IMG/VR virus record: IMGVR_UViG_3300034069_000443
Location: 1 to 30,547 of that record
Length of the DNA stretch: 30,547 bases
Source of the DNA: a virus
Strand: one strand, 5' to 3'
Shown here: piece by piece, positions 16,996-24,638 of the stretch
How positions within the stretch are numbered: the first letter of the stretch is position 1
How the letters are laid out: every line of letters starts with the position of its first letter
Translations under genes and position numbers: made by a program
Notes under the pieces: generated by a model
What the model was told of the DNA's origin: nothing
What the model saw: the letters and a program-made list of their open reading frames with translations, nothing else
Database searches by the model: none

Positions 16996-17719
16996 CATCA
17001 TCTTTTAGCTTTTTCATAAACTTATCAATCTCTGATTTTGAAGGCGTTATATATATATTTTTATCTTCAAAATTATTCTTCTTATTCTTCCCTAGATTAT
17101 CAATACTATCGTCAAGCATTTCGGCGGCGTTTACAGCTTCTAATGCTTCGTCATTTTGATTGCCAAACAAATCTTTATACAGTAGATCCATGAAGTTATC
17201 GTTAGGATTTTCTTCTCCTAGTTTTTCGATTCTGTCTTTAAATCGTTTATCTTCTACTTCATTTACTAACCTAACATAGATACTTCTCATAACGTAACTA
17301 GGTGGAATTTCTAATCCCTTTTCTATGCGATCCAAAGTCCTTGCTGGCATGCGTAAGCTAATTGCTAATTCTTCTATAGTAAGACCTAACTCTTCACGCA
17401 AATCTATAATTTCAGGACTTCCCATTAATTGATATTCCAACTCTAAGACAACATCTAATACTAAGGCTTCGGTTAAACTATTATTACATTCATTTTCTAT
17501 TTTATAGAAAAGAATCCAAGTCTTATCATCAAAATCAAGATCAGGATCTTCCAAATCGTACTTTTGCATGACATCATGATTGTAAAACCATTGCGAGATA
17601 GTCCCGTCATAATTACGCGCTATCAAAATAACATCATCATCTTTTAAAATACGATTTGTATACTGTTTTAAAAGTTTAGTATATGCTGGATACGCTGTAC
17701 TTTCTATATTTAATTCCAT
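16991..17719 (-). CDS. XRE-type helix-turn-helix protein (candidate maintenance/lysogeny regulator)
   Basis: 242 aa. Central LREELGLTIEELAISLRMPARTLDRIEKGLEIPPSYV matches the XRE HTH pattern. Acidic C-terminus. Divergent from parA. Confidence 0.6.
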   Translation of the reverse strand: MELNIESTAYPAYTKLLKQYTNRILKDDDVILIARNYDGTISQWFYNHDVMQKYDLEDPDLDFDDKTWILFYKIENECNNSLTEALVLDVVLELEYQLMGSPEIIDLREELGLTIEELAISLRMPARTLDRIEKGLEIPPSYVMRSIYVRLVNEVEDKRFKDRIEKLGEENPNDNFMDLLYKDLFGNQNDEALEAVNAAEMLDDSIDNLGKNKKNNFEDKNIYITPSKSEIDKFMKKLKDDD

Positions 17720-17831
17720 AGCGCTAATCCCCTTTACTTAACACTAATAACTTATGTATATAACTATATTTTACATCAATTTCTATCAATAATAAACTTA
17801 TATATCTTTTATAAAAAAGATTCTTTATCTA

Positions 17832-17861
17832 TTTACAAAAAGACAAAATATATGTTATAGT
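17832..17861 (+). promoter_or_regulatory. parA operon promoter
   Basis: TTTACA (17832-17837), 18-nt spacer, TGtTATAGT (17853-17861). AAAAGGGGG RBS before ATG 17889. Confidence 0.5.
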
Positions 17862-17888
17862 CTAATTAATGGAAAAGGGGGCTAAATT

Positions 17889-18617
17889 ATGAGTATAGTC
17901 GCATTTATCAATCAAAAAGGCGGCGTCGGTAAATCATTACTAGCTTTTAATATTGGTATGTATTTATCATCTATTAAAAAAAAGAAAATACTGTTTGTTG
18001 ATTTAGACGCGCAAGCCACTTTAACGGATTTAACGATTCCGACGATAGACGTAGAATATACGTTATTTGATTTACTTAAAAGAAAGGGTACTGATCCGAC
18101 TAGTGCAATTATTAGTACGGATAACTTCGATATTATCCCTGGCGACATTCAAGTAGCTGGCTTATCGTCTAAGATTCAAAAGAATAGCTTATTAGATATC
18201 TTAAAAAGCATTAAGAAGAAGTATGATTATATTATCTTAGATTGCACGCCGTCTTTAGGCAGCATGAATATAGCAGCGCTATATGCAGCCGATACTATTA
18301 TTGGTATTGTGAAACCTGATATCGTATCGACTAGAGGATTACAATTACTATCGGATACGATTAGATCGGAAGTATCACAAAGAAGAAAAATAACCGCCGT
18401 TATCGTCAATCAATATAAGAAACGTAAGATATCTGAATTGACTGTACAACTCACGAAGCAAGATTATCCGTTATTGGATACCTTAGTACGCGATTCTTCG
18501 GCACTATCGGAAAGCGCTAGTATATCGCAATCAATCATAGAATATGGAAAAAATAATAACGGCTATAAGGACATCGAAGCCGTTACGGAAGAAATGTTAA
18601 GTAAGGGGATTTTATAA
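17889..18617 (+). CDS. parA: ParA/Soj-family partition ATPase
   Basis: Deviant Walker A INQKGGVGKS at the N-terminus, DLDAQ, IILDCTPSLG. 242 aa. Confidence 0.85.
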   Translation: MSIVAFINQKGGVGKSLLAFNIGMYLSSIKKKKILFVDLDAQATLTDLTIPTIDVEYTLFDLLKRKGTDPTSAIISTDNFDIIPGDIQVAGLSSKIQKNSLLDILKSIKKKYDYIILDCTPSLGSMNIAALYAADTIIGIVKPDIVSTRGLQLLSDTIRSEVSQRRKITAVIVNQYKKRKISELTVQLTKQDYPLLDTLVRDSSALSESASISQSIIEYGKNNNGYKDIEAVTEEMLSKGIL

Positions 18618-18618
18618 T

Positions 18619-19167
18619 ATGGCACGTATGGAATTAAATGAATATCCAAAATTAAAGCAAAAACAAAATAATAAGAAAAAGCCTAAGCGTAAAGCGATTA
18701 TCTTTAAGAAAAAGAATCCGAATCTAGGGCGTAAACCTATTTACGATAGCGCCGATGACGTTAAGAATGTAAATGGATTCTTCTACGTCGATGATTATGT
18801 TTATTTCTGTAACCTTGCCTATACGTTGCGTTACACTCAAATCATATTAGCTAATAAACTTTTTACTGATTTATTTAACTACTTACGAGATACTCATAAT
18901 ACTATCGATATTATGTTTTTAATTGGTATCGGTAAGGAAGGCAATAAAGATAATTGTGTAAAGAAAAATATTCGCCTATATAAAGATATCCATGAAGAAT
19001 ATGATACGTTACGCAAAACGTCGAAACGTACTATCGCCGATATCTTTAATTGCGCTATCGAATTATTTAGACACAATAATCCGGACTTCGAAATTATAGA
19101 AAATCCAAGAATCAATATTAACGATTTTAAGATTTTACCGATGAAAGGAAATTTCCGTACAAAATAA
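18619..19167 (+). CDS. putative centromere-binding partner of ParA (Lys-rich N-tail, RHH-like segments)
   Basis: Translationally coupled to parA (TAATATG). N-terminus KLKQKQNNKKKPKRK. Segment KKNIRLYKDIHEEYDTLRKTSKRTIADIFNCAIELF looks like strand-helix-helix. Confidence 0.45.
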   Translation: MARMELNEYPKLKQKQNNKKKPKRKAIIFKKKNPNLGRKPIYDSADDVKNVNGFFYVDDYVYFCNLAYTLRYTQIILANKLFTDLFNYLRDTHNTIDIMFLIGIGKEGNKDNCVKKNIRLYKDIHEEYDTLRKTSKRTIADIFNCAIELFRHNNPDFEIIENPRININDFKILPMKGNFRTK

Positions 19168-19255
19168 ATAGGTATATCATAATATACTATTTCTAATAAA
19201 TAGATATAAATATACGTTACTTTTAATAGATTTATCCAACAAAATACGAATGATT

Positions 19256-19310
19256 ATACAGATAGTAGACCAGCTTTTCTATGAAGCCAGGTACTATCTG
19301 TATTTTTTTA
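19256..19310 (+). terminator. intrinsic terminator after the par operon
   Basis: 12-bp arms ATACAGATAGTA (19256-19267) / TACTATCTGTAT (19292-19303) followed by a T-run. Confidence 0.65.
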
Positions 19311-19321
19311 TCTAAAATTAC

Positions 19322-19347
19322 TTCCGATACCTATACACTTATCGGAA
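19322..19347 (-). terminator. hairpin after the replication gene
   Basis: TTCCGATA / TATCGGAA 8-bp stem just 3' of the minus-strand stop at 19359. The minus-strand trailer GTAATTTTAG is only moderately T-rich. Confidence 0.4.
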
Positions 19348-19358
19348 ATTATAAATTA

Positions 19359-20951
19359 TTAGCCTTTAATAAGTCGTACATTGAAGACCTTCGCTAAATA
19401 AGAAATTGCTTCCCTAAAATTACAATCCTGTAACATCATCACGCAATTAATAATATCGCTTCCATGCCCTTCGCCGTAGCTTTCACAATCCGGATTAAAG
19501 CAATAATATCGGTAGCCTTCTTTTTCATCGCCGATGATATTGGCGGAATCGTTTGTATCATCATGGAAGATACAGTTAAATAATCCATGATCCGGTACGC
19601 CTAAGAAATCGGCTAGATTATAGCGCTTTACTAAATTCTTAAAAGTAGAGGACGTTAATTTCATACCATTAATAGTATCGTTTACTAGAAAAACAGACTT
19701 TTGACGAATTGCCTTAATGCGTTGGTTATTGATTTTAGATATATCCTTAGTTTTATGATTTTGTACGGCTTTAATAGTCATAGGATACATAGTTAGATAG
19801 TCATTACAAGCGGATTCGATATCGTCTTTGGATTCAGATAATTCATGTACGAAATCATCGATATCGTATCTTACATTATTAGAATCGAAGATAGTTACTT
19901 CGTATTCGTCATAGTCGCCCTTCTTCCATGTAGTACCTGGCATACGTAATACGCGGGCTTTATCGGATACGGCGGTATCGGCTATCTTAATAGTCCTAAC
20001 TAACATATCTTCGGCAGCTTGCCATAATTCGCCATTATTAATAGGGTTAATAGCCCATATACAATGATATCCATTACGCGTATCGGTAATTACAGTCGGT
20101 ACTAATGGAAGGCTATAAATAACTTCTAACATCGCTTCTTTACGTGCAGCGACTTCTTCTAAAGTAAAGTAATTACCTTCTTCGTCTTTACCAGCGTCGA
20201 TATCGATAAATAGATTCCGATACGTCGTAATATCAGACGCCCTACGCTTACCAGCTTTACGGGATTCATTCACTAAGAAGAATGTATTAATAGTATCGCC
20301 GAAGTGGTAGATATCGGCTTTCTTATTATTTAATACTAATTCATTGAAGACTGATAAATGATTAATAGTATCGTCATCTTCAGACAAATATTCAGTAGCT
20401 TCCTTATGGGTATGTATACCATATTGGCTATAATAAGCGTCGGTAAACATAGCGATTGTAGTATCGTCTAACTTTTTATCGATATCGGACTTAAATAACC
20501 AATATGCCAATGGCGTAATACTATAATTTAGCTGCATTACAGCCGGATTCACAAATATAGCCTCATAGGTTACATCGTTATTCGAAATCCATTTATTAAC
20601 CTTGAAGATATTAGCCTTCGTACATCTAGCAAAAAACTTTTTAAAGGCGTCTTTTTTCAAGCCTAATACATCTTGTAAATCAGCTTTTTTCATAGGTACT
20701 TGACGTCGATTAATCGGATCATAGCATTTTAATGTACTATCAGATTTTAAATGCGTGGATACAACTCTTACCAGCTTTAATATATCGCTGGTGGTTAATC
20801 CTTTACTTTCGAAGTCAAAGGCATAGTCTATACTGACTTTAGTACTAAACAACTTCGCGGACTGTAAACGCCCTTCATCTGTTACGTTTGTAGTTTTAGA
20901 TTGGTAATATTTATTATTGTCATCGGCATGGGTGAATATCACATTTTTCAT
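19359..20951 (-). CDS. replication protein: AEP primase-polymerase core with C-terminal CHC2 zinc finger
   Basis: AEP motifs LFIDID (I), TRNGYHCIW (II), RVLRMPGTTWKK (III). C-terminus CIFHDD...YYCFNPDCES..GSDIINCVMMLQDCNFREAISYLA matches DnaG-type zf-CHC2. No Walker A. Confidence 0.75.
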   Translation of the reverse strand: MKNVIFTHADDNNKYYQSKTTNVTDEGRLQSAKLFSTKVSIDYAFDFESKGLTTSDILKLVRVVSTHLKSDSTLKCYDPINRRQVPMKKADLQDVLGLKKDAFKKFFARCTKANIFKVNKWISNNDVTYEAIFVNPAVMQLNYSITPLAYWLFKSDIDKKLDDTTIAMFTDAYYSQYGIHTHKEATEYLSEDDDTINHLSVFNELVLNNKKADIYHFGDTINTFFLVNESRKAGKRRASDITTYRNLFIDIDAGKDEEGNYFTLEEVAARKEAMLEVIYSLPLVPTVITDTRNGYHCIWAINPINNGELWQAAEDMLVRTIKIADTAVSDKARVLRMPGTTWKKGDYDEYEVTIFDSNNVRYDIDDFVHELSESKDDIESACNDYLTMYPMTIKAVQNHKTKDISKINNQRIKAIRQKSVFLVNDTINGMKLTSSTFKNLVKRYNLADFLGVPDHGLFNCIFHDDTNDSANIIGDEKEGYRYYCFNPDCESYGEGHGSDIINCVMMLQDCNFREAISYLAKVFNVRLIKG

Positions 20952-20966
20952 AATTGGTATCTCCTA

Positions 20967-21248
20967 TTAGTGCTTAAATTGGATATGTTTAATATCTGTA
21001 AGATATTCGATAGAATCTTCACGCTTTTCTCTTTCCTTTAAGCCGCGCGCGGTGTAACAACTGTATTCGGTACGATTCTTAATATCGGACTTATTATTTC
21101 TATCCTTGAAATACAGGCTATCTATAATAGAATCGTATTCATAAGAGTTATTAGCCCTTGAAAGGAAGCCGATAATTTCAGCTTCCGTATAGTTTTCATG
21201 ACTTAAAAGAGTATTAGCGAATTTTAAAGTATTAACATTACTTTCCAT
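20967..21248 (-). CDS. hypothetical early protein
   Basis: 93-aa ORF in the early operon. Start overlaps the upstream stop. Confidence 0.45.
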   Translation of the reverse strand: MESNVNTLKFANTLLSHENYTEAEIIGFLSRANNSYEYDSIIDSLYFKDRNNKSDIKNRTEYSCYTARGLKEREKREDSIEYLTDIKHIQFKH

Positions 21249-21504
21249 AGTGTAAATGCCTTTCGAATTGAATTAATGCGTTATGATACACGCCGTTAAG
21301 AGTGGATTTTGTAATACCTAACATAGTAGCTACTTCAGCTTGTGTATAACCTTCGATACAGATTTTTTCTAAGATAAATTGATGACGTGGCTTTAATTTA
21401 TGTAATGCTGCTTCTATATCGATTAGATATCCGACGACTTCGATATTATTCGTTGCGCTTGCTTTTAACTGGCTATACAAACTTATTACCTTCTTAGAAT
21501 CCAT
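21238..21504 (-). CDS. sigma-70 region-4-like HTH protein (candidate late-gene activator)
   Basis: LKPRHQFILEKICIEGYTQAEVATMLGITKSTLNGVYHNALIQFERHL resembles sigma region 4 / phage late activators. Confidence 0.55.
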   Translation of the reverse strand: MDSKKVISLYSQLKASATNNIEVVGYLIDIEAALHKLKPRHQFILEKICIEGYTQAEVATMLGITKSTLNGVYHNALIQFERHLHYGK

Positions 21505-21671
21505 TTATTCATACCCTTTCTGATTGCTTTCACTAAGTATTTAACGACGATAATTCCGATGTACAGGCTTAAAAGGATATGAAGGGCAGTAACGAATGTA
21601 TTCCATAGCATTAATGCTAATATCGCGCATACCATATAAAAGATTTCTTCATTTCTAATTAGTTTTTCCAT
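21486..21671 (-). CDS. small two-helix membrane protein
   Basis: 61 aa, two hydrophobic stretches, basic C-terminus. Overlaps both neighbours, which suggests translational coupling. Confidence 0.4.
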   Translation of the reverse strand: MEKLIRNEEIFYMVCAILALMLWNTFVTALHILLSLYIGIIVVKYLVKAIRKGMNKWILRR

Positions 21672-22263
21672 TTGTAACCGCCTTGTAAACTACCTCATAA
21701 TTATCTAATTTATATTCACGTATCATAATTCCTAAATCCCGTAGCAGCTTACGACTAACTATCTTTACTTTGGATTGATATAGTAGCTTCTTATGCTTGC
21801 CGTAACTGTATGTATTCGTAATTAATGTCTTAACGCTGGTATCGTCTTTAATCGATTCAGCGTAAGCCCTAAAGGCTTTTCCGTCGTAGACATAACATCG
21901 ATTTAATTCAGGGAAGACGCTAAATATGTAATCTGCTTCCGTAACCAGCGCCCAACCTTTGGTATTCGTATTTATATTACTTACGACTTCGATACATTGA
22001 TTGGAATATTTAGAATTATCCGTCTTAACTTCGATAAGTGATTCATTACTAGTAAGGATCGCTTTTACGTCGTTTGATTTAGATAATTCGTATGACGTAG
22101 TGAAATCGACGTCGATACTTCTAAAAGCCGGCGTATCACATTTAAAGACGTCTTTACCTTGCTTCGCCTTTAAATAATTCTTAACCCAGGATTCGCCATA
22201 ATCACCAAGTACTACATCTTGCCGGAATGACTTAGATAATTGTGAAATCGTTGTATTATTCAT
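21655..22263 (-). CDS. first early gene; possible PD-(D/E)XK-fold nuclease
   Basis: Start moved to the second ATG (22263), which has GAGG 6 nt upstream. IDVDF ... LIEVKTD spacing resembles a D...ExK nuclease core. Confidence 0.35.
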   Translation of the reverse strand: MNNTTISQLSKSFRQDVVLGDYGESWVKNYLKAKQGKDVFKCDTPAFRSIDVDFTTSYELSKSNDVKAILTSNESLIEVKTDNSKYSNQCIEVVSNINTNTKGWALVTEADYIFSVFPELNRCYVYDGKAFRAYAESIKDDTSVKTLITNTYSYGKHKKLLYQSKVKIVSRKLLRDLGIMIREYKLDNYEVVYKAVTNGKTN

Positions 22264-22359
22264 GCTGTACCTCATTCTGCTAAAAAGAAGACAAAATTTT
22301 TAATATAATAAAGCGTCATCGATTAACGCTTTCATAAGTTATATTACCTAGTTAGTCAT

Positions 22360-22394
22360 CTTATATTGCAAAATTTTTCATGTATGCAAAATTG
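22360..22394 (-). promoter_or_regulatory. candidate early promoter with two TGCAAAATT repeats (operators?)
   Basis: On the minus strand: TTGCAT (22384-22389) - 18 nt - TATAAG (22360-22365). Direct 9-mers TGCAAAATT at 22367-22375 and 22385-22393 overlap it. Confidence 0.35.
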
Positions 22395-22711
22395 ATATAT
22401 TATACTATTAAATTGCATTTAATGAATAATACAAGTATCGCGCTACAAATCGGCACGATATTATTCGCATTAACTGGCATTATCTATATAAAATTCTCTA
22501 CGTTTACAGTATACCATACTTAGCAACTAAAAAAAAGATAAGTATTTGACTTTTTGATTAATTTACAGAAAAATAGCTATTCTTTTCTTTTAAGCCGGTA
22601 TAAAGTCAGGCTTAAAAGGAAAGCAGCTATTTTATGGGGTACGGATTTTAAATGTATTTGTAACTGGATCATCAACGTCATAGCCGCCGGAAAAATACTT
22701 CAGCTGCAAAA

Positions 22712-22860
22712 CTACATATCTTATATTAGTGTGGATTTGTAATAAATTTTCTAAAAAAGTCAGTATTTATCTATGTTTATCGGCTTTTAGGTGGGGTATG
22801 ATTTATACCCCTTTTACTATCGAAAAGGGTACGAATCGTACCCCTTACATTGTATACAAT
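22712..22860. repeat. 149-bp repeat, copy 1
   Basis: Aligns without length change to 22998-23146. Contains TGTGGATTT, hairpins GGGGTAT-gattt-ATACCCC and GGGTACG-aat-CGTACCC, and the palindrome ATTGTATACAAT. Confidence 0.9.
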
Positions 22861-22997
22861 TAAAATCTGATATCTAATCCGGCGGCTATCTTCTTCTTTT
22901 AAGCCTATGGATTAACCTCTACCAATAGTATTACCAGCTACGATATTATTATTGACTACGGCAGCTAGAATATTTTTTAACAGCCGTAATTACAAAT

Positions 22998-23146
22998 CTA
23001 CATATCTTATATTAGTGTGGATTTGTATAAAATTTTCAAACAAATGCAGTATTTATCTATGTTTATAGCGTTTTAGGTGGGGTACGAATCATACCCCTTT
23101 TGCTACCAAAAAGGGTATCATTTATACCCTTTACATTGTATACAAT
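22998..23146. repeat. 149-bp repeat, copy 2
   Basis: First 30 nt are identical to copy 1. Hairpins GGGGTA-cgaatca-TACCCC and AGGGTAT-cattt-ATACCCT. Same terminal palindrome. Confidence 0.9.
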
Positions 23147-23151
23147 CTAAT

Positions 23152-23280
23152 TATACATATATCGCCGCCATTATTCTTATCAGATATTTAATCTAAACTA
23201 AACACAAAAGCCGTACTTTTAATACACTTAGTACGCTTATATATTGAAGGGATACATAACAATATACATATATCGCCGCC
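23152..23280. repeat. 18-bp direct repeat pair TATACATATATCGCCGCC
   Basis: Perfect copies at 23152-23169 and 23263-23280. Confidence 0.85.
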
Positions 23281-23412
23281 GATAACTTTTTTAATCACAT
23301 TTTCATTATCAGTATTATCATTAATAGATATAGATATATAGTATGTACTACCTTCAAAAGAGAATCCTCATACTAGGAAAATGCTAATATTTAAAAACCT
23401 CCTATTAAAGAA

Positions 23413-23477
23413 ATAACTTACCTTCTATTTAAGCGGTTACTCCTTACGCTAATAAATACAAGGTAGGTTATTTTTTT
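23413..23477 (+). terminator. intrinsic terminator in the leader of the late operon
   Basis: 12-bp arms ATAACTTACCTT (23413-23424) / AAGGTAGGTTAT (23460-23471, one G-U) followed by T7. Ends 16 nt before the HNH start. Confidence 0.55.
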
Positions 23478-23492
23478 ACCGATTTAAAAATT

Positions 23493-23822
23493 ATGATTTC
23501 AAAAAATCTAAAGTTTTTTTATAACTCTAAAGAATGGATACAGCTATCAGACCACATCAGAAAAAAATATTTTCACATATGCCAGGATTGCGGTAAGCCT
23601 AATTCTAAAGAAGTACATCACGTCATACCAGTTACAGAATTAAATGTACATGATCCGGCTATAACTTTAAATCCGGATAACCTAGTACTACTATGTAACG
23701 ATTGTCATAACAAAAGACATAACAGATTTAAACGTAACATATCACCAGCACAACGACGCAGTATACACTTCGATAGCATGGGTAACGTCGTATCCCTTAC
23801 TGATAATAACCCTACTATATGA
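23493..23822 (+). CDS. HNH endonuclease (packaging-associated)
   Basis: CQDCGK...EVHHVIPV...LVLLCNDCHNKRH motif. Located upstream of the terminase genes. Confidence 0.85.
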   Translation: MISKNLKFFYNSKEWIQLSDHIRKKYFHICQDCGKPNSKEVHHVIPVTELNVHDPAITLNPDNLVLLCNDCHNKRHNRFKRNISPAQRRSIHFDSMGNVVSLTDNNPTI

Positions 23823-23981
23823 TACTGGTACTGATAGTAACAATATCCCCCCTACCTACATACAAAAAACATTTTAACGAAAGACCGGCGCCCTCTTTTT
23901 CGCATAATAAAAGGGCTTTTTATTAAAAGGTGTAGTCTTTTTTAAAAAGATAATGATTTTCACACGAAAGATTATTACATT

Positions 23982-24275
23982 ATGAAACAGAATAAGTATA
24001 CCGATATCTCATTCTTTTTTAAAAAAGATACGTACGATATCGATTCTGTACTAATCAAAAGTACAGACCAATATATCGCCTTCATATTTACGAATGAAGA
24101 CGAAGCGATTCAGATTATGAATCATTTACGTTACGGCAAAACTAAAACCATTTCTTTTACGATTGCCGATACGTTATTTAAGGCGCATAATTGCGCGCTA
24201 TATTCCCTATCTAATTATACTGATAATTCAACTGTTACAATCGCTTATGATTGGCTAACATCTGAAAAGGCATAA
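23982..24275 (+). CDS. hypothetical protein
   Basis: 97-aa ORF, stop overlaps the terS start (TAATATG). No motif recognised. Confidence 0.4.
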   Translation: MKQNKYTDISFFFKKDTYDIDSVLIKSTDQYIAFIFTNEDEAIQIMNHLRYGKTKTISFTIADTLFKAHNCALYSLSNYTDNSTVTIAYDWLTSEKA

Positions 24276-24276
24276 T

Positions 24277-24630
24277 ATGGAAGAAAACAATAGAGAAAAA
24301 TTGTTGAAGAAAGAAACTAATAAATTGAAGAAGATATTTAAGCCATTACTAGACGATACATCGTTTAATATCGCGCAAGGATTGATAAATAACGCCGCCT
24401 TCATGTACATCACTCTTTTAAGTCTTCAGCAAGATATATTAATTCATGGCTGTACTGAAGAATATCAAAACGGCGCTAACCAATCCGGAATTAAAGAATC
24501 TTCTTCTATTAAAGTCTATAATAATATGATCCGTAGCTATAATACTGTTATTAAAAATTTAATAGGATTATTACCAGCTGAAAGACAATCCGACGTACAA
24601 GATACCTTAACGGCTTTTATTTCTAAGTAG
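24277..24630 (+). CDS. terS: terminase small subunit (P27 family-like)
   Basis: 117 aa. NNAAFMYITLLSLQQDILIHGCTEEYQNGANQSGIKESSSIKVYNNMIRSYNTVIKNL resembles P27-type TerS. Directly upstream of terL. Confidence 0.7.
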   Translation: MEENNREKLLKKETNKLKKIFKPLLDDTSFNIAQGLINNAAFMYITLLSLQQDILIHGCTEEYQNGANQSGIKESSSIKVYNNMIRSYNTVIKNLIGLLPAERQSDVQDTLTAFISK

Positions 24631-24638
24631 GTGAAACG

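Noticed and set aside
17912-19115. Minus-strand ORFs 17912-18148, 18227-18409 and 18894-19115 inside parA and its partner gene
   Set aside because: They are antisense to motif-supported genes and have no RBS.
22554-22742. Plus-strand 62-aa ORF in the early/late intergenic region
   Set aside because: It has no RBS. It runs across a long hairpin and into repeat copy 1. The equivalent frame is not preserved in repeat copy 2.
22712-23146. Possible CRISPR array or tRNA-like elements in the 149-bp repeats
   Set aside because: There are only two long, diverged repeat units (149 bp, ~286-bp period), not short identical repeats with unique spacers. The GGGTACGAATC.. hairpins lack a T-loop consensus, acceptor stem and anticodon arm.
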